Origin: Rhynchopus sp. YZ270_cl-10
Lineage: Eukaryota
Assembly: GCA_964035575.1 (NCBI GenBank)
Contig: OZ037834.1
Coordinates: forward strand, 1,736,001 to 1,800,000
Length of the DNA stretch: 64,000 nucleotides
Direction: 5' to 3'
Below are positions 49,356 through 60,200 of this stretch, in pieces. Each line of letters opens with the position of its first letter. The first letter of the stretch is position 1. The translations under genes and the position numbers were made by a program. The notes under the pieces were generated by a model, which saw only the letters and a program-made list of their open reading frames with translations, did no database searches and was not told the DNA's origin.

Positions 49356-49842
49356 AAGCGTTTGTGTGAGAGGGGGCAAAAAAAAAAAACACAGTGGAGA
49401 TTGCACAACTGTGGCAACACAACCGAGACAGCTACACTACTCCAACAATTTTTCAAAAAAAATGGATTTTTTTTTTGAAACCCTATTCTTTACAGAATGG
49501 GGTGGATTGGTTTCCCCTTATATGGTATAGGAGGGTAATATTTTACAAGATGACTCAGTACGAGAGGCTTAGGGTCATCTTATAAACTTTTTTGCTTTTA
49601 CAATGCGGGCCTGGATAATTTTTGTTTGCCATTTAGTGCCTGCATCCCAGGGGGGTGTTTTGCACTACTTCACCTTTTGTGTTATACCTTAATGATTCTC
49701 TTAAACGATAACAAGACACTGCAACCCCACCCCCTTTTCTTTTGACAGTTTCCAACACACGGCACAGCATTCCCCAAAACTGAGTACCTTTTGCAGATAA
49801 CGGAATCCAACAGAACCTTTTGTTTTATAGATGGAAACCCGT

Positions 49843-49993
49843 TCCACAAATTTTGATGTTCGCTTGTGCTTCACATCAATAGCCAATTGCAAAGGCGAAC
49901 GCCCGTTGTCGTTCTTTGTCTCAGTGTCTGCCCCTGCACCGATGAATACCTGACACACTGCAGGGTCCTCCCACATGGCTGGACATAGGTGCG
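49843..49993 (-). pseudogene. Ankyrin-repeat fragment
   Basis: VCQVFIGAGADTETKNDNGRSPLQLAIDVKH on the - strand, with no convincing full gene around it. Confidence 0.6.
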
Positions 49994-50367
49994 ACATCTT
50001 TTTATCCATCACGCAACCCCCCACACCTTCTATCCCACACCTTAGTAGGCCCTCCCCCTTACCCCCCTCTTCTACTTTCAACCTCACTTCAAGGGAGGGG
50101 GAAGGAAAAGACATAATTATCTACCACTGTTCTCCCTTACCCCCGCCTTCTTCATTCATTCATTTCTTTTCAAGGTATTGTACATAAGCAAAGAGAAGTA
50201 CTTAGGGGGTCTCTATAAAAAAAACCTTTTCTTTCTTTTCCCCCCCCTCTTGCTCAGCCCTTTTTTCTTCTTCTTCTTCTCACCTCCGGGGTTTTTTTTT
50301 GTTTTTCGCATGCCCCCTCAGTTTTGAGGCATAGTTTTTTTTTTTCCTTTTCCCTCTTTATTTTATT

Positions 50368-51663
50368 ATGGGAAACGCTTTTTCAAAAAAGGGGAAGAAA
50401 CCGAAGCCTAGTAGCACCACTCCTCCTCCTCCTCCACCCCCTGCATCCGAACCTCCAAAATCAGAGGAGAAACCTGAGGTGGATAGTGCCCCGGTATCGT
50501 CATCACCGCCACCGCCGTCTCCTCCGCCTCCTTCTCCTCCTCCGAGGGGGGTGCCTCCTCCGGAGAACATCGATGAACTGCCATATTACCGAGAACTGTA
50601 CAACGGGGGAAGTGTCGATGCGATGGTGGATGTGGATGTAGCATTTTTAGGTCGCGTGGTGGAGGAAGGGTTTTTAAATGGGGCACCCGCTCCAGGGTAT
50701 TCGGCAAACCCTGAGATGGTGTCGTTGCTGCAGCCTGGGGAGGAGGTGGCAGTAGACCACATTCTGTTTCGACGCAAGCTCTTTGTGCGGTCCTCTGAAG
50801 GGGGCCGTACAATTTTTATTGTGGATCCAAAAACAGCGGAGGTTACGCGAAAAATAGAGATGAAAAATTTGTTTAAAGTGGTGGTCTGTTCTGATGCGGT
50901 GGATGTGGATGGAAATGCGGGGGCGTCGATTTATGGGGGGTGTGTATTGTTTGATGTTAGAGAGAAGGATACCGAGGACTCTGTATCGTATCATGTATTG
51001 GTTCGGGTTAATTCGGTTGAAGGGAATTTTCCGGAAACGGAAAATGCTGCGGATTTGGTGAAATGGTTGTTGGAGAAGGGAGAGAAGTTGCATAGGACGG
51101 AACGGTTTGAAGGGCATGTGAACACTGCGTTTGAAGCTTCGTTATTGTCTCATGCGATAGACGTAGCAGTAGTGGACGAAATGCTTCTGAGCGAAGTGAC
51201 GCCGGAGGAGGTGGGGCTTGAGGATGTGCTGCCAGAGATCGCAGTGGAGCTGGCGAGTCAAAGAACCGTTCCGCATGTGGAGAGCAGTGGGGGGTTGAGC
51301 GTGGAGCCGGTGCAACGCTCCCCACCGATGCCGCCCGCGTCGTTTCAGTTGGATGCTACAGAGCCAATGATGGTGCCTTCAAAGAAGCCTTCATTCCAGC
51401 GCTTCGTCTCGCATGCTCTCTCTGCGCAAAAAATTCAACGTGTCGGGGGGAGTAGGGTAAACCAGCCGGTCTCACCCCAGGGGGCTGCGGGGTCACCCTC
51501 AAAGACGCGAAGACCTGTCGCAGTCGTGACGTTGAACGTCAGCAAACCGCACTTTGAACAGGACCTTTCGCTCGCAGTGAAGGAGCAGATGAAGTGCTAT
51601 ATGGACAGAAGGGGCGCCTCCCCTCCGAGAGGGCTGCACCCGAGCGCGCTTTCTGTGGCATGA
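50368..51663 (+). CDS. Hypothetical 431-aa protein: N-myristoylation plus polybasic motif, Pro-rich segment, possible PH-like domain
   Basis: MGNAFSKKGKK start. RRKLFV...IFIVDPKTAEVTRKIEMKNLFKVVV beta-rich segment. Intronless ORF. Confidence 0.85.
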   Translation: MGNAFSKKGKKPKPSSTTPPPPPPPASEPPKSEEKPEVDSAPVSSSPPPPSPPPPSPPPRGVPPPENIDELPYYRELYNGGSVDAMVDVDVAFLGRVVEEGFLNGAPAPGYSANPEMVSLLQPGEEVAVDHILFRRKLFVRSSEGGRTIFIVDPKTAEVTRKIEMKNLFKVVVCSDAVDVDGNAGASIYGGCVLFDVREKDTEDSVSYHVLVRVNSVEGNFPETENAADLVKWLLEKGEKLHRTERFEGHVNTAFEASLLSHAIDVAVVDEMLLSEVTPEEVGLEDVLPEIAVELASQRTVPHVESSGGLSVEPVQRSPPMPPASFQLDATEPMMVPSKKPSFQRFVSHALSAQKIQRVGGSRVNQPVSPQGAAGSPSKTRRPVAVVTLNVSKPHFEQDLSLAVKEQMKCYMDRRGASPPRGLHPSALSVA

Positions 51664-52569
51664 TTTCTTTTTCTCTCCGCTAACACATATTGTACGAAAC
51701 TATACAAAAAAAAAGAAGTGCCAATACTCAGATCTTGTATAACATTACCCTTGAATCCTATCACCTTTGCGCCAGATTTTTTTTTTTGCCTCTATTTGGC
51801 TTGTGTTTTTCTCAACGAAAAAAAACACTGTTATTTTTGTTATCAAGATCAGTTGGATTATATTGTCTAGTTTTGTTAGTTCATGGGAGTGGGGGTGGTG
51901 TGTGCCGTTCTGTATAGTCTAGCCCTTTTATTGGTGATTTGAGTATAGAACCCAACTCTGGGTGGACAGTTTCTTTTTGATGCAAAGAGGAGTCCTTTCT
52001 TCTTTGTGTCTTATAGAGGGTTTCATTACCCTATGCTTTTTGTACCAGATCTAGTCTGTGTGTTGACCTGTTTCGTTCAAAAGAACCACCTGCTGATGCT
52101 GAGAAATTTTTCTGGCTTTTTTTTTGGAGGTATATATCTCAGTACGACACCTGAGGGGAGGGTGTTGTGTTGTGTTGGGCTCCTTGCATTTATGTGTCTA
52201 GTTAATCTTACAAACGTTTTTTTTTTCCCTTTCATTTCCTTTATTGTACAGAACCTGTGTATTGTGGGCAAAAGTGTCTATACCTTCCGTAGTACATAAA
52301 GGCTTCGGCAGATATTGAGGGCAGATCTTTATACTGGTAGTGTGTAAAGTGATTGTCCATGCAGCAACAAAACGTAAACGTAAATGCAATCGTCTTCGTT
52401 CTGAACGGTAACAAAAAAAAACAAAGGTCAACCAAAAAAGGCGTTGTTTCTTGAAAGATGTATCAGAACGGAAATCCGAAAAGCTTTTTTCGCACTTCCC
52501 CCTAGCCCTCTCTTCTTCTCCCCATTTTTTTTTTTTGTTGTAAACCTGGTTTTTTTTGTTTTGTTTTTT

Positions 52570-53303
52570 GGGGAGATCCGGGTGCCCGCAACAACAATAT
52601 TCACAAGCAATCACAAAAAAAAAATCCTCTTCACAAAAAATCACAAACAATCACAAACAAAAAATCTTATTCACACAAAATCACACAAAATCACAAAAAA
52701 TAAATCCTATTCACAAAAAATCACAAACAATCACAAAAAATAAATCCTATTCGCAAAAAAACACAAACGATCACAAAAAATCACAAAAATCACAAAAAAT
52801 CACAAAAAAAAAATCCTATTCACAAACAATCACAAAAAATCACAAACAAAAAATCTTATTCACAAAAAATCACACAAAATCACAAAAAATAAATCCTATT
52901 CACAAAAAATCACAAACAATCACAAAAAATCACAAAAAATCACATCCACTTTTTGTGATTTTTTGTGATTTTTTGTGATTGTTTGTGATTTTTTGTGAAT
53001 AGGATTTTTTTTTTGTGATTGCTTGTGATTTTTTGTGAATAGGATTTATTTTTTTGTGATTTTGTGTGATTTTTTGTGAATAAGATTTTTTGTTTGTGAT
53101 TTTTTGTGATTTTTTGTGAATAGGATTTTTTTTTTGTGATTGCTTGTGATTTTTTGTGATTTTTTGTGATTTTTTGTGATTTGTTGTGAATAGAATTTTT
53201 TTTTTGTGATTTTTTGTATTTATTTTGTGTGATTTTGTGTGATTTGTTGTGATTTTTTGTGATTTTTTGTGAATATTGTTGTTGCGGGCACCCGGATCTC
53301 CCC
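52570..53303. mobile_element. Foldback-type element: ~370-bp inverted arms built from TCACAAAAAA-type subrepeats
   Basis: Termini GGGGAGATCCGGGTGCCCGCAACAACAATATTCACAA and its exact reverse complement. Centre near 52945. Confidence 0.85.
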
Positions 53304-55172
53304 ATTTTTGTTCTTTTTTACACTCATCATCTCCATGGATAGACAAACTCCCAGCAGATGTTCATTTCAAATCACATTCACGACGTTTTTGTTTCTTTTT
53401 TTCAAGATGTAAAAAAAGAAGAATTTTTTGAGATTGCTGGGATGTGTTTTTTTTGTAAAGATCTTTGTCTACCCATGCATCTCTTCAACTTTTTTTTCTT
53501 TTGAAAGTTTTGCATGATAGAAAGTTTCCTCGTTTGGTCCCCTAGGTATACTGTGCAGACGAACGAAAAATTTTTTCGATGTTCGTCGACGAACATCGAC
53601 GAACGAAAAGTGTCACTTTTTTAAGTGCGCCTCCCACACGACAAACCAATGGTTCACAGTAGTGGCAGTGGTCTGCACAGTATGCTTAGGCGGGTTAGGT
53701 GGATTCGTAGTTTCACGGTGACCATGTGGTCCCATTGCGTGATATGCTATTTTCCTTGTTACGTAACATGCTAAAACGGTGTCATTGCTAAGGATGCGTT
53801 TTGCATGAAAGTAAAAAGCGATGCAAAAAAAAAAAAATCATGTTATTTAGCAATGTAACCCGGGGTACCATAGTCATGGAGGGAATTGTATTGAATATTG
53901 TGCAGGGAAACGTAGTGCGTGTTGCTACAGAAGATGTGTCGAACATCGTTTGATATGGTGTCTTTTTTTGGTTTTATTGCACAGTTGGTGCTATGCGGGG
54001 GGGTTTTTTTTCACAACATTTCACAACTTTCCCCAACTTTTCACACCCACATATGTCAAGCAAAGCTGTGTCAGTATTTGACTTTTGTATTCCACCCGAA
54101 GGGCCTCACTCTTTGAGACCCCCACATTTACTTCACAAATTCCTCGTCGCTTTCCAAGATGGGCTCAGCGGGGCTCATCCTTCTCTCAGGGTTTCTTCTT
54201 TTTCTTTTTTTCCTTTTTTTTGGCAGTGCCTGCGTCCGCTGATGTACGGTGAGGCGTTTGTACTTTCAACTCCTTTTTTTTATACCTACAACGCGTAGCT
54301 TAAAGGAGAAATAGTTCCCCCGATACAGTCGCCAATTACCCCGACAGGGTAATCGAGCAAACGAAAACAACCTTTTCCCCCTTTTACTTATCAGAGTTAC
54401 TATTTTTTGTTGCTTCACACGACGCAGCACCCGTACATGCGTACCTTTCTTTTGCTGAAGATTCTTTTGTGTTAGGCGTTTTGCAAACACACACACACAC
54501 ATACCCCAAAAAACCCACACAGTATTTGTTCGCTCTTTTCAAGTTTTTGTCTTTTTAGTCCAGTCTTTTTATGTTTACGAAGGGTGACTAAGTAGTGGCG
54601 AGGCTTAAGTTGCATTGCAATTTTTTTTCTCTTGTTTTGGGGGAGTACATGGTGCAGCCTTTTAATGCTTGCTGTTGTACTAAAGTAGTAGCCCCGGCAA
54701 ATGAATTTGTTTGCTTTAGTTTCTCGAGCACGAAACCACCAAAACGACCCCTGGCCTATCGTATACTACATGACCACATCACACCTTCCCCACCACATAC
54801 ACTCGTCCCCAACTCGTCTTCAAAAAAACGACGTTTTCTGCCACCTCCCACTCCTTTATTCCAGCGTTCCCCCACACCCTCCTCCTCCTCCTCCTCAACC
54901 AGCCTCTGACAGATCCTTTTGTACACCCATTTCCCTTTTTTTTGCGCAGTCATGTACAAACGACATCCATAAATTCTCGCCTCATTTTCTGACAAATTGC
55001 CTCTAGTATCGTCGAAGCACACGAGGCTTAGGTTCATCTCAACCTTTTCCTCCTTTTCTTTCTCTCCCTTCCTCTTTCCCCTTTAGTGTGACTTTTCTGG
55101 CCGGATTATCTCACATTATCTCACCATTTACCCCCTTTATCCCCTGAGGTTTTTTTTGCACCAACCCCAACC

Positions 55173-56606
55173 ATGGTGCATCTATGGCTCCAGCAGCATA
55201 TGATCAAACAGAGGCCTCCCAAACTGAAGCAAGGATACCTCTTGGCAAGAGGGGCGCCAGTACAGGAGGGGGACTCGCTGGAGGTGTACGCGGTTATTAG
55301 TGGGGAAATGAGCACACGAGATCGGGTGGTGCGGGTGGAGCAGACACATCGGGAGAGCATAACGAAGTATTTCCTCCTTGCTGATAGGAATGTGAGGACA
55401 GCTGATGCCAAATTAACAACAACGCCAGCACCATCCAAAGCACGTAGTGCTGTAGAAGATCCGCACGTCTTAGATATGAATAATCTCAAATTAATTGAAC
55501 AGCTCCAATCCCGAAAGCGCAAGCTGCAAACCCAACGTCGTGCAATATACCGCACGAAAACTACCCCTCAGGCGGACCTCCACAACCTTTCGCTCGCAGA
55601 GCAAGCAATCCCCCGGAAGGACAGCGCCTATGCGCAAAGGGTGCTCCGCGATCCGGACTCCTCACATCCGGTTTCAAAATTTCAGGCGGGGTTTATTGGG
55701 AACGGCCTTTTTGCGAAGGAACACCACCCACACCACCACCCTGCCTCCCGTAGCGAAATCGAATCTACCTGGAAAGGCTATCACGGTCTGCATGATGGTG
55801 CCTTAGGGGATCACCATGTGGTTACTTCGTTGACGCCATATCTCTATAGGGAGTACCTTTATTCAGCACGGCTTGAGAAGGTGCGAAAGGAGGAACGTCA
55901 GGTACTGGAAGATGAACAGGCTCATGGTGCCGCGGATATAGCGTTATCTGAAGGGGGTGCTGCGGAAATAATTCGAAAAAGCATGCAGGCGGAGCGGACC
56001 TATTTGGACTATCTACGCAACACTGTGACAGAAGAGGCAAGAATGAAGCGGTGTGGCATCTCCTTTGCGGAGGAGACGGCAAGGGAAGGGGTGGTTCAGG
56101 ATGCGCTGCGAGGGTTTATGGTGATTACGACTGCCTTTGTGGAGTCAGTGGAGATGAACAGCGATTCGGTGTTGCGTGGCAATGTAATGGCCGCATTGCA
56201 TGCAGCAGAGCGTGCACGGTATTGGCGGCTTTTTGAAGAGGAGGTAAGTGGAAGGGGGAAAATTGCAGAAGGGTTTTCGGAAGCAGTGTGTGCCTACACC
56301 GTGACCACAAAGCGGCGCGTCTTTGCGGCAGATGAAGTGCGTCTGTCGGTCCTCCGTTGCTCCCTGACCGCGCACCCACAGCAGGAAAGTATAGAGCGTG
56401 ACTACCTCGCCCAAGCAGAAAGTCTCGCCTGGGTGAGTCTAAGGAAAAGCTGTGCAACGGTCTTCGTCTCATTTCTGGACAGGAGTGCGGCCGATATGAT
56501 CGTACTCCAGCATGATCGGCGTGTGTGTATTGCTGCCTCGGAGGAAACTGAAAGGTCGCAGGTGCAAAAAAGCATTAATTTTGCCATAATGTATCTATCT
56601 GTATAA
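55173..56606 (+). CDS. Hypothetical 477-aa protein with E/R-rich helical C-terminus
   Basis: Long ORF with coding-like composition. A terminal intron at 56591-56646 ending in MQQIGL* at 56665 is possible. Confidence 0.8.
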   Translation: MVHLWLQQHMIKQRPPKLKQGYLLARGAPVQEGDSLEVYAVISGEMSTRDRVVRVEQTHRESITKYFLLADRNVRTADAKLTTTPAPSKARSAVEDPHVLDMNNLKLIEQLQSRKRKLQTQRRAIYRTKTTPQADLHNLSLAEQAIPRKDSAYAQRVLRDPDSSHPVSKFQAGFIGNGLFAKEHHPHHHPASRSEIESTWKGYHGLHDGALGDHHVVTSLTPYLYREYLYSARLEKVRKEERQVLEDEQAHGAADIALSEGGAAEIIRKSMQAERTYLDYLRNTVTEEARMKRCGISFAEETAREGVVQDALRGFMVITTAFVESVEMNSDSVLRGNVMAALHAAERARYWRLFEEEVSGRGKIAEGFSEAVCAYTVTTKRRVFAADEVRLSVLRCSLTAHPQQESIERDYLAQAESLAWVSLRKSCATVFVSFLDRSAADMIVLQHDRRVCIAASEETERSQVQKSINFAIMYLSV

Positions 56607-57239
56607 AGAAAAGGAGAGCAGGTTTTACCTTATTTTTTTTTTTCAGGCAACAGATCGGCTTGTGAGGGAAGGGGAAAGGGAGGTAGGGGGGGGGGGGGGA
56701 GGGGGGCTTTTTATGAGATATGCTGTGCTTTGCATTTTATCTATATTTTTTTTTTTGAAAAATGTTCATTCGTCTTTCATTGGAGGGAGTTGTGAAGAGA
56801 TCTCCCTTTTTTTTTTTGGTTCAGTGTCTGTCTTCTCTAGAGATGTTGGTATCATCAAAACTCCTTATTTGTTTTAGGTGCTCAAACACAACGGGGCTTA
56901 GGCTCTTACTTTATTTTTTTGACATTTCTCCTCCTTTTTTTTTATCTCTCTCCACTTCCGTGGCGGGGCCAGTTTCTCTCTTTTTTTTCCAGCTGGTATT
57001 TGCTGTGTTTACTCACTGCATGCACACTTACCTCCTTCTTCTTCTTTTTTGTCAAACAAACCCAAACCAAAAAACGTACCTTTTTTCATCCCCTCCTCCT
57101 TCTCCTCCTCCCCCTTTCTTCCACCAACCCGCCCCAACAGACTACACAAAAAAGGACCCCGCCTTTCCTCTAAAAGGGGTCTCTTTTTTTTTGGGTTTTT
57201 TTTTCCCTCCGTACCTTTTTTTTTTTTTGCTCCGCACAG

Positions 57240-60200
57240 ATGGCAGTCCGCTTGCTGCGGGCTGTGGCTGTGCTGGCATTGTTGGCACCTGCCACTGCGG
57301 CGCCAAATGCCATCGGGAATGGTAACGTGCAGGGACGCTTCCGTGGTACCGGCCCTGGAGTGCGTCTCACGATGAACGCTGCCCCACAGAACCTGCAATG
57401 GGACAACGAGCCGACGATCAACAGCGGTATCTTTGACGACGGAACCGACGTGCTGCCTGCTACCCCGTCTGTCTTCAATGATGGACCTGGACTCTGCACC
57501 TGCACCGGATGCAGCCAGGGTGCCCTGGTTGTGACAGCGGGTGTGTGTTTCTGCGGCGGACAGGCCCTGTTGGATGTTGCTGCAACAAACTACGACTTCA
57601 ACCCCCCGCAGATGACAGTGCAGTTCAAGACCGCTCCTGCAGGGACGAACCTCGCAGCGCCACGCACCTTGACGCTGAGCTGCCGTGTGGAGGATGACAC
57701 GAACCGTGTTGCAGGAACCTTTGACATGAAGGTCGAGCTGCACCCACAGACCAACCAGCCCCCGATCCTCACATCTGCGTACACCGCAACGACGAACCCG
57801 ATTTACATCTGGGAGGACCTGCAGCAGCTCCCCCCTATCCGAGGTGTGGCGCCAGCGAAGTGCGGGACGCTGACAAACGCTGCGAACATTGCAGCGGGGC
57901 CTGAGTGGGAGTTGGTCCCCAACGGCGCGAACCAGGGTGTTCCGGACTACAACACTGTCGGTGACCGTGTGCAGTTTGTTGGGTGCGCTGTGGACGCCGC
58001 GCGGACAACATGCTTCTCTGCGACAGGGAACTGTCTGAACAACCTCGCAGGGACCACGGCGCCACCGCTTCCTGCCGGCTCAGTGCGCTTTGATATGACG
58101 TACTGTGTGGAGCCCGACGCAGTGGGAACTGTCGTGGTGCAGTGCACCTTCCGCGACACAGGCCCGCACTGCTGCCAGGGTGCCCTCTCTGCCAACGATG
58201 CAACCAAATGCCCTGCCGAGCTGCTCGCACACTGCAACGCTCTGACCCCCTCCCCGGACGTCATTGCCGAGTACCAATTCGTCATCCAAGAGGTCAACGA
58301 CGTTCCGGTCGGGTACTTCGATGCGGCAACGTTCACGGCGCTCAACGGAGGTACCTTCCGCTGGCAGGAGGACTGCGGCCTTAGTGGCTACGAGCTCGAC
58401 TGTGTGACCGGCGTTGCTCTCGGAGCGGTGCGGCCGAACCACGAAACAGGTCGACTCATCGTCGAGAACATGGTCTGCGATGAGGTGTCCGCTGCACAGC
58501 CGAAGTTCCCCGGTCTGACTCTCTACAACAGATGCACCGGAGGTGGCACCCTCAACTCCGTGTCGACTCCAGATGGCAAGGCGCAGGCGCATGACATCGC
58601 AACGTCGGAGAACGTTGCGGCAGGTGCCGACCAGACGTACATCATTGCGTGCAGGACCACAAACGATGCGTTGTTTATGAATGCAGGGACAAATGGGTGC
58701 CCGGACTGCGGCGGGCTTGCGGACTGTGGATGCCCGAAGATGGGGCAGGGGACGTTCCCGCATGACTCCGGGCTGAACTACATGCCTGCACGCCATGCAG
58801 TGGGGTCGGCAGACGTGGTGTGCTATCTGGAGGATGTGAACCCCGCGGCACCCCTTGCAGCGCACGTCCTCAACGCTGGTACCGGGAACGCTGTCGGTGG
58901 CGCCACGGCAGCAGAGGGTGGCGTGCAGCGCCGTATGCTCGCAGAGTTCAGCATCGTGATCGCAGAAGTGAACGACCCGCCCTCCCTCCAGACCGACCCA
59001 CGCAACGTCTTCACCCCCACCCCCCTTATCGGCTCCACAGACCCCGTCGACGCACTCCCCCGTGTGCTCTTCAGAAAGGACCCTTCCTGGGTGGGCCCCA
59101 CCCAAACCCTCTGGCCCGTCGGTGTCAACCCCGACCCAGATGGTTGCACAGTCGTCGACTGCTGTGAGGAGAACGGCAACTGGCTTGCCGCCGCCGTCAC
59201 CGTGACAGGGAAGGAGCCGAACCCGGCGAACCTTGCCGGCGCAACGGGGTCGATCCGTGTGCAGGACTGCCCAGCGGACAGACAGCAGAAGTGTTGTGCG
59301 ATGGACAACGTCTGGATGGAGTCGGTCTGGGTGACAGACGCAAACACGATGCTTGGGTGTGGTGCGCGAGTGACCCCGGCTCTGTGCGTTGCGGGTATCC
59401 CTGGGTGTGGGTGGACTGGGCCGCTGCCTCCTGCTGCGGGAGGCAGCTGCATCCACGTTGGGTACGGCCCCCCTGCTGACACCGCTGCCAAGCGCGCCCT
59501 CACCGGCGCACCGACGTTTGCCGGATACGTGGGCACTCTTGCGGGGCCACTCTCTGAGCAGGGCAGCTTCCTCAGCACGGGTGCACAGCCGCGTTGGGAC
59601 CAGCAGTGGAACGTGAAGTGCAAGGTCGCCTGCGACGCCACGAAGAAGCCGCTCAGCTACTACGGACCCGGTCTCTGCGAGGCCGAGATGTTCGAGGCTG
59701 CCGTCCTCCCGTACACGCTGTCCAGCCACTGCCACGACACCACCACGAAGGCTAACTGCGACCCTCTCACGACGCCGTGGCCGTCCGCTGGGCATGTCCC
59801 CCACCAGCTTGTCTTCAGAGCCAGCGAGAACACAGGCTTCGGCAGAAAGTACAAGCGTGGTGCAGTTCGTGTGCAGTGCACCATGGTCGATGAGTACATG
59901 CCCGACGCAACTGTGGAGTGCAAGACCCCTCCAGTGGAAGGTGCCCAGAACCTCTACGGAGAGTACATCTCTGGGTGTGTCAATGACGACAACCCGGTGC
60001 TGAACCAGGCTTGCTACGGCACACTTCTGACTGAGCAGGGCCTGCCGTGCCCTTCTGCTGTGGTGGAGGACAACCTTGTGAGCCCCATCATGGACTTCAT
60101 CATTGAGTTCACTGCACCGAACTACACGCTCTCAGACTACCCCACTGCGAACGGCCTGTTCGACAACATCAAGGACCCGTGGTGGGAGATCTCCGTCTCT

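Noticed and set aside
51880..51945. Weak resemblance to SSU rRNA (GGTGGTG..GCCGTTCT)
   Set aside because: Too short and degenerate to support without a covariance-model search.
52444..53346. K/I/T/N-rich ORFs
   Set aside because: Translations of the foldback subrepeats.
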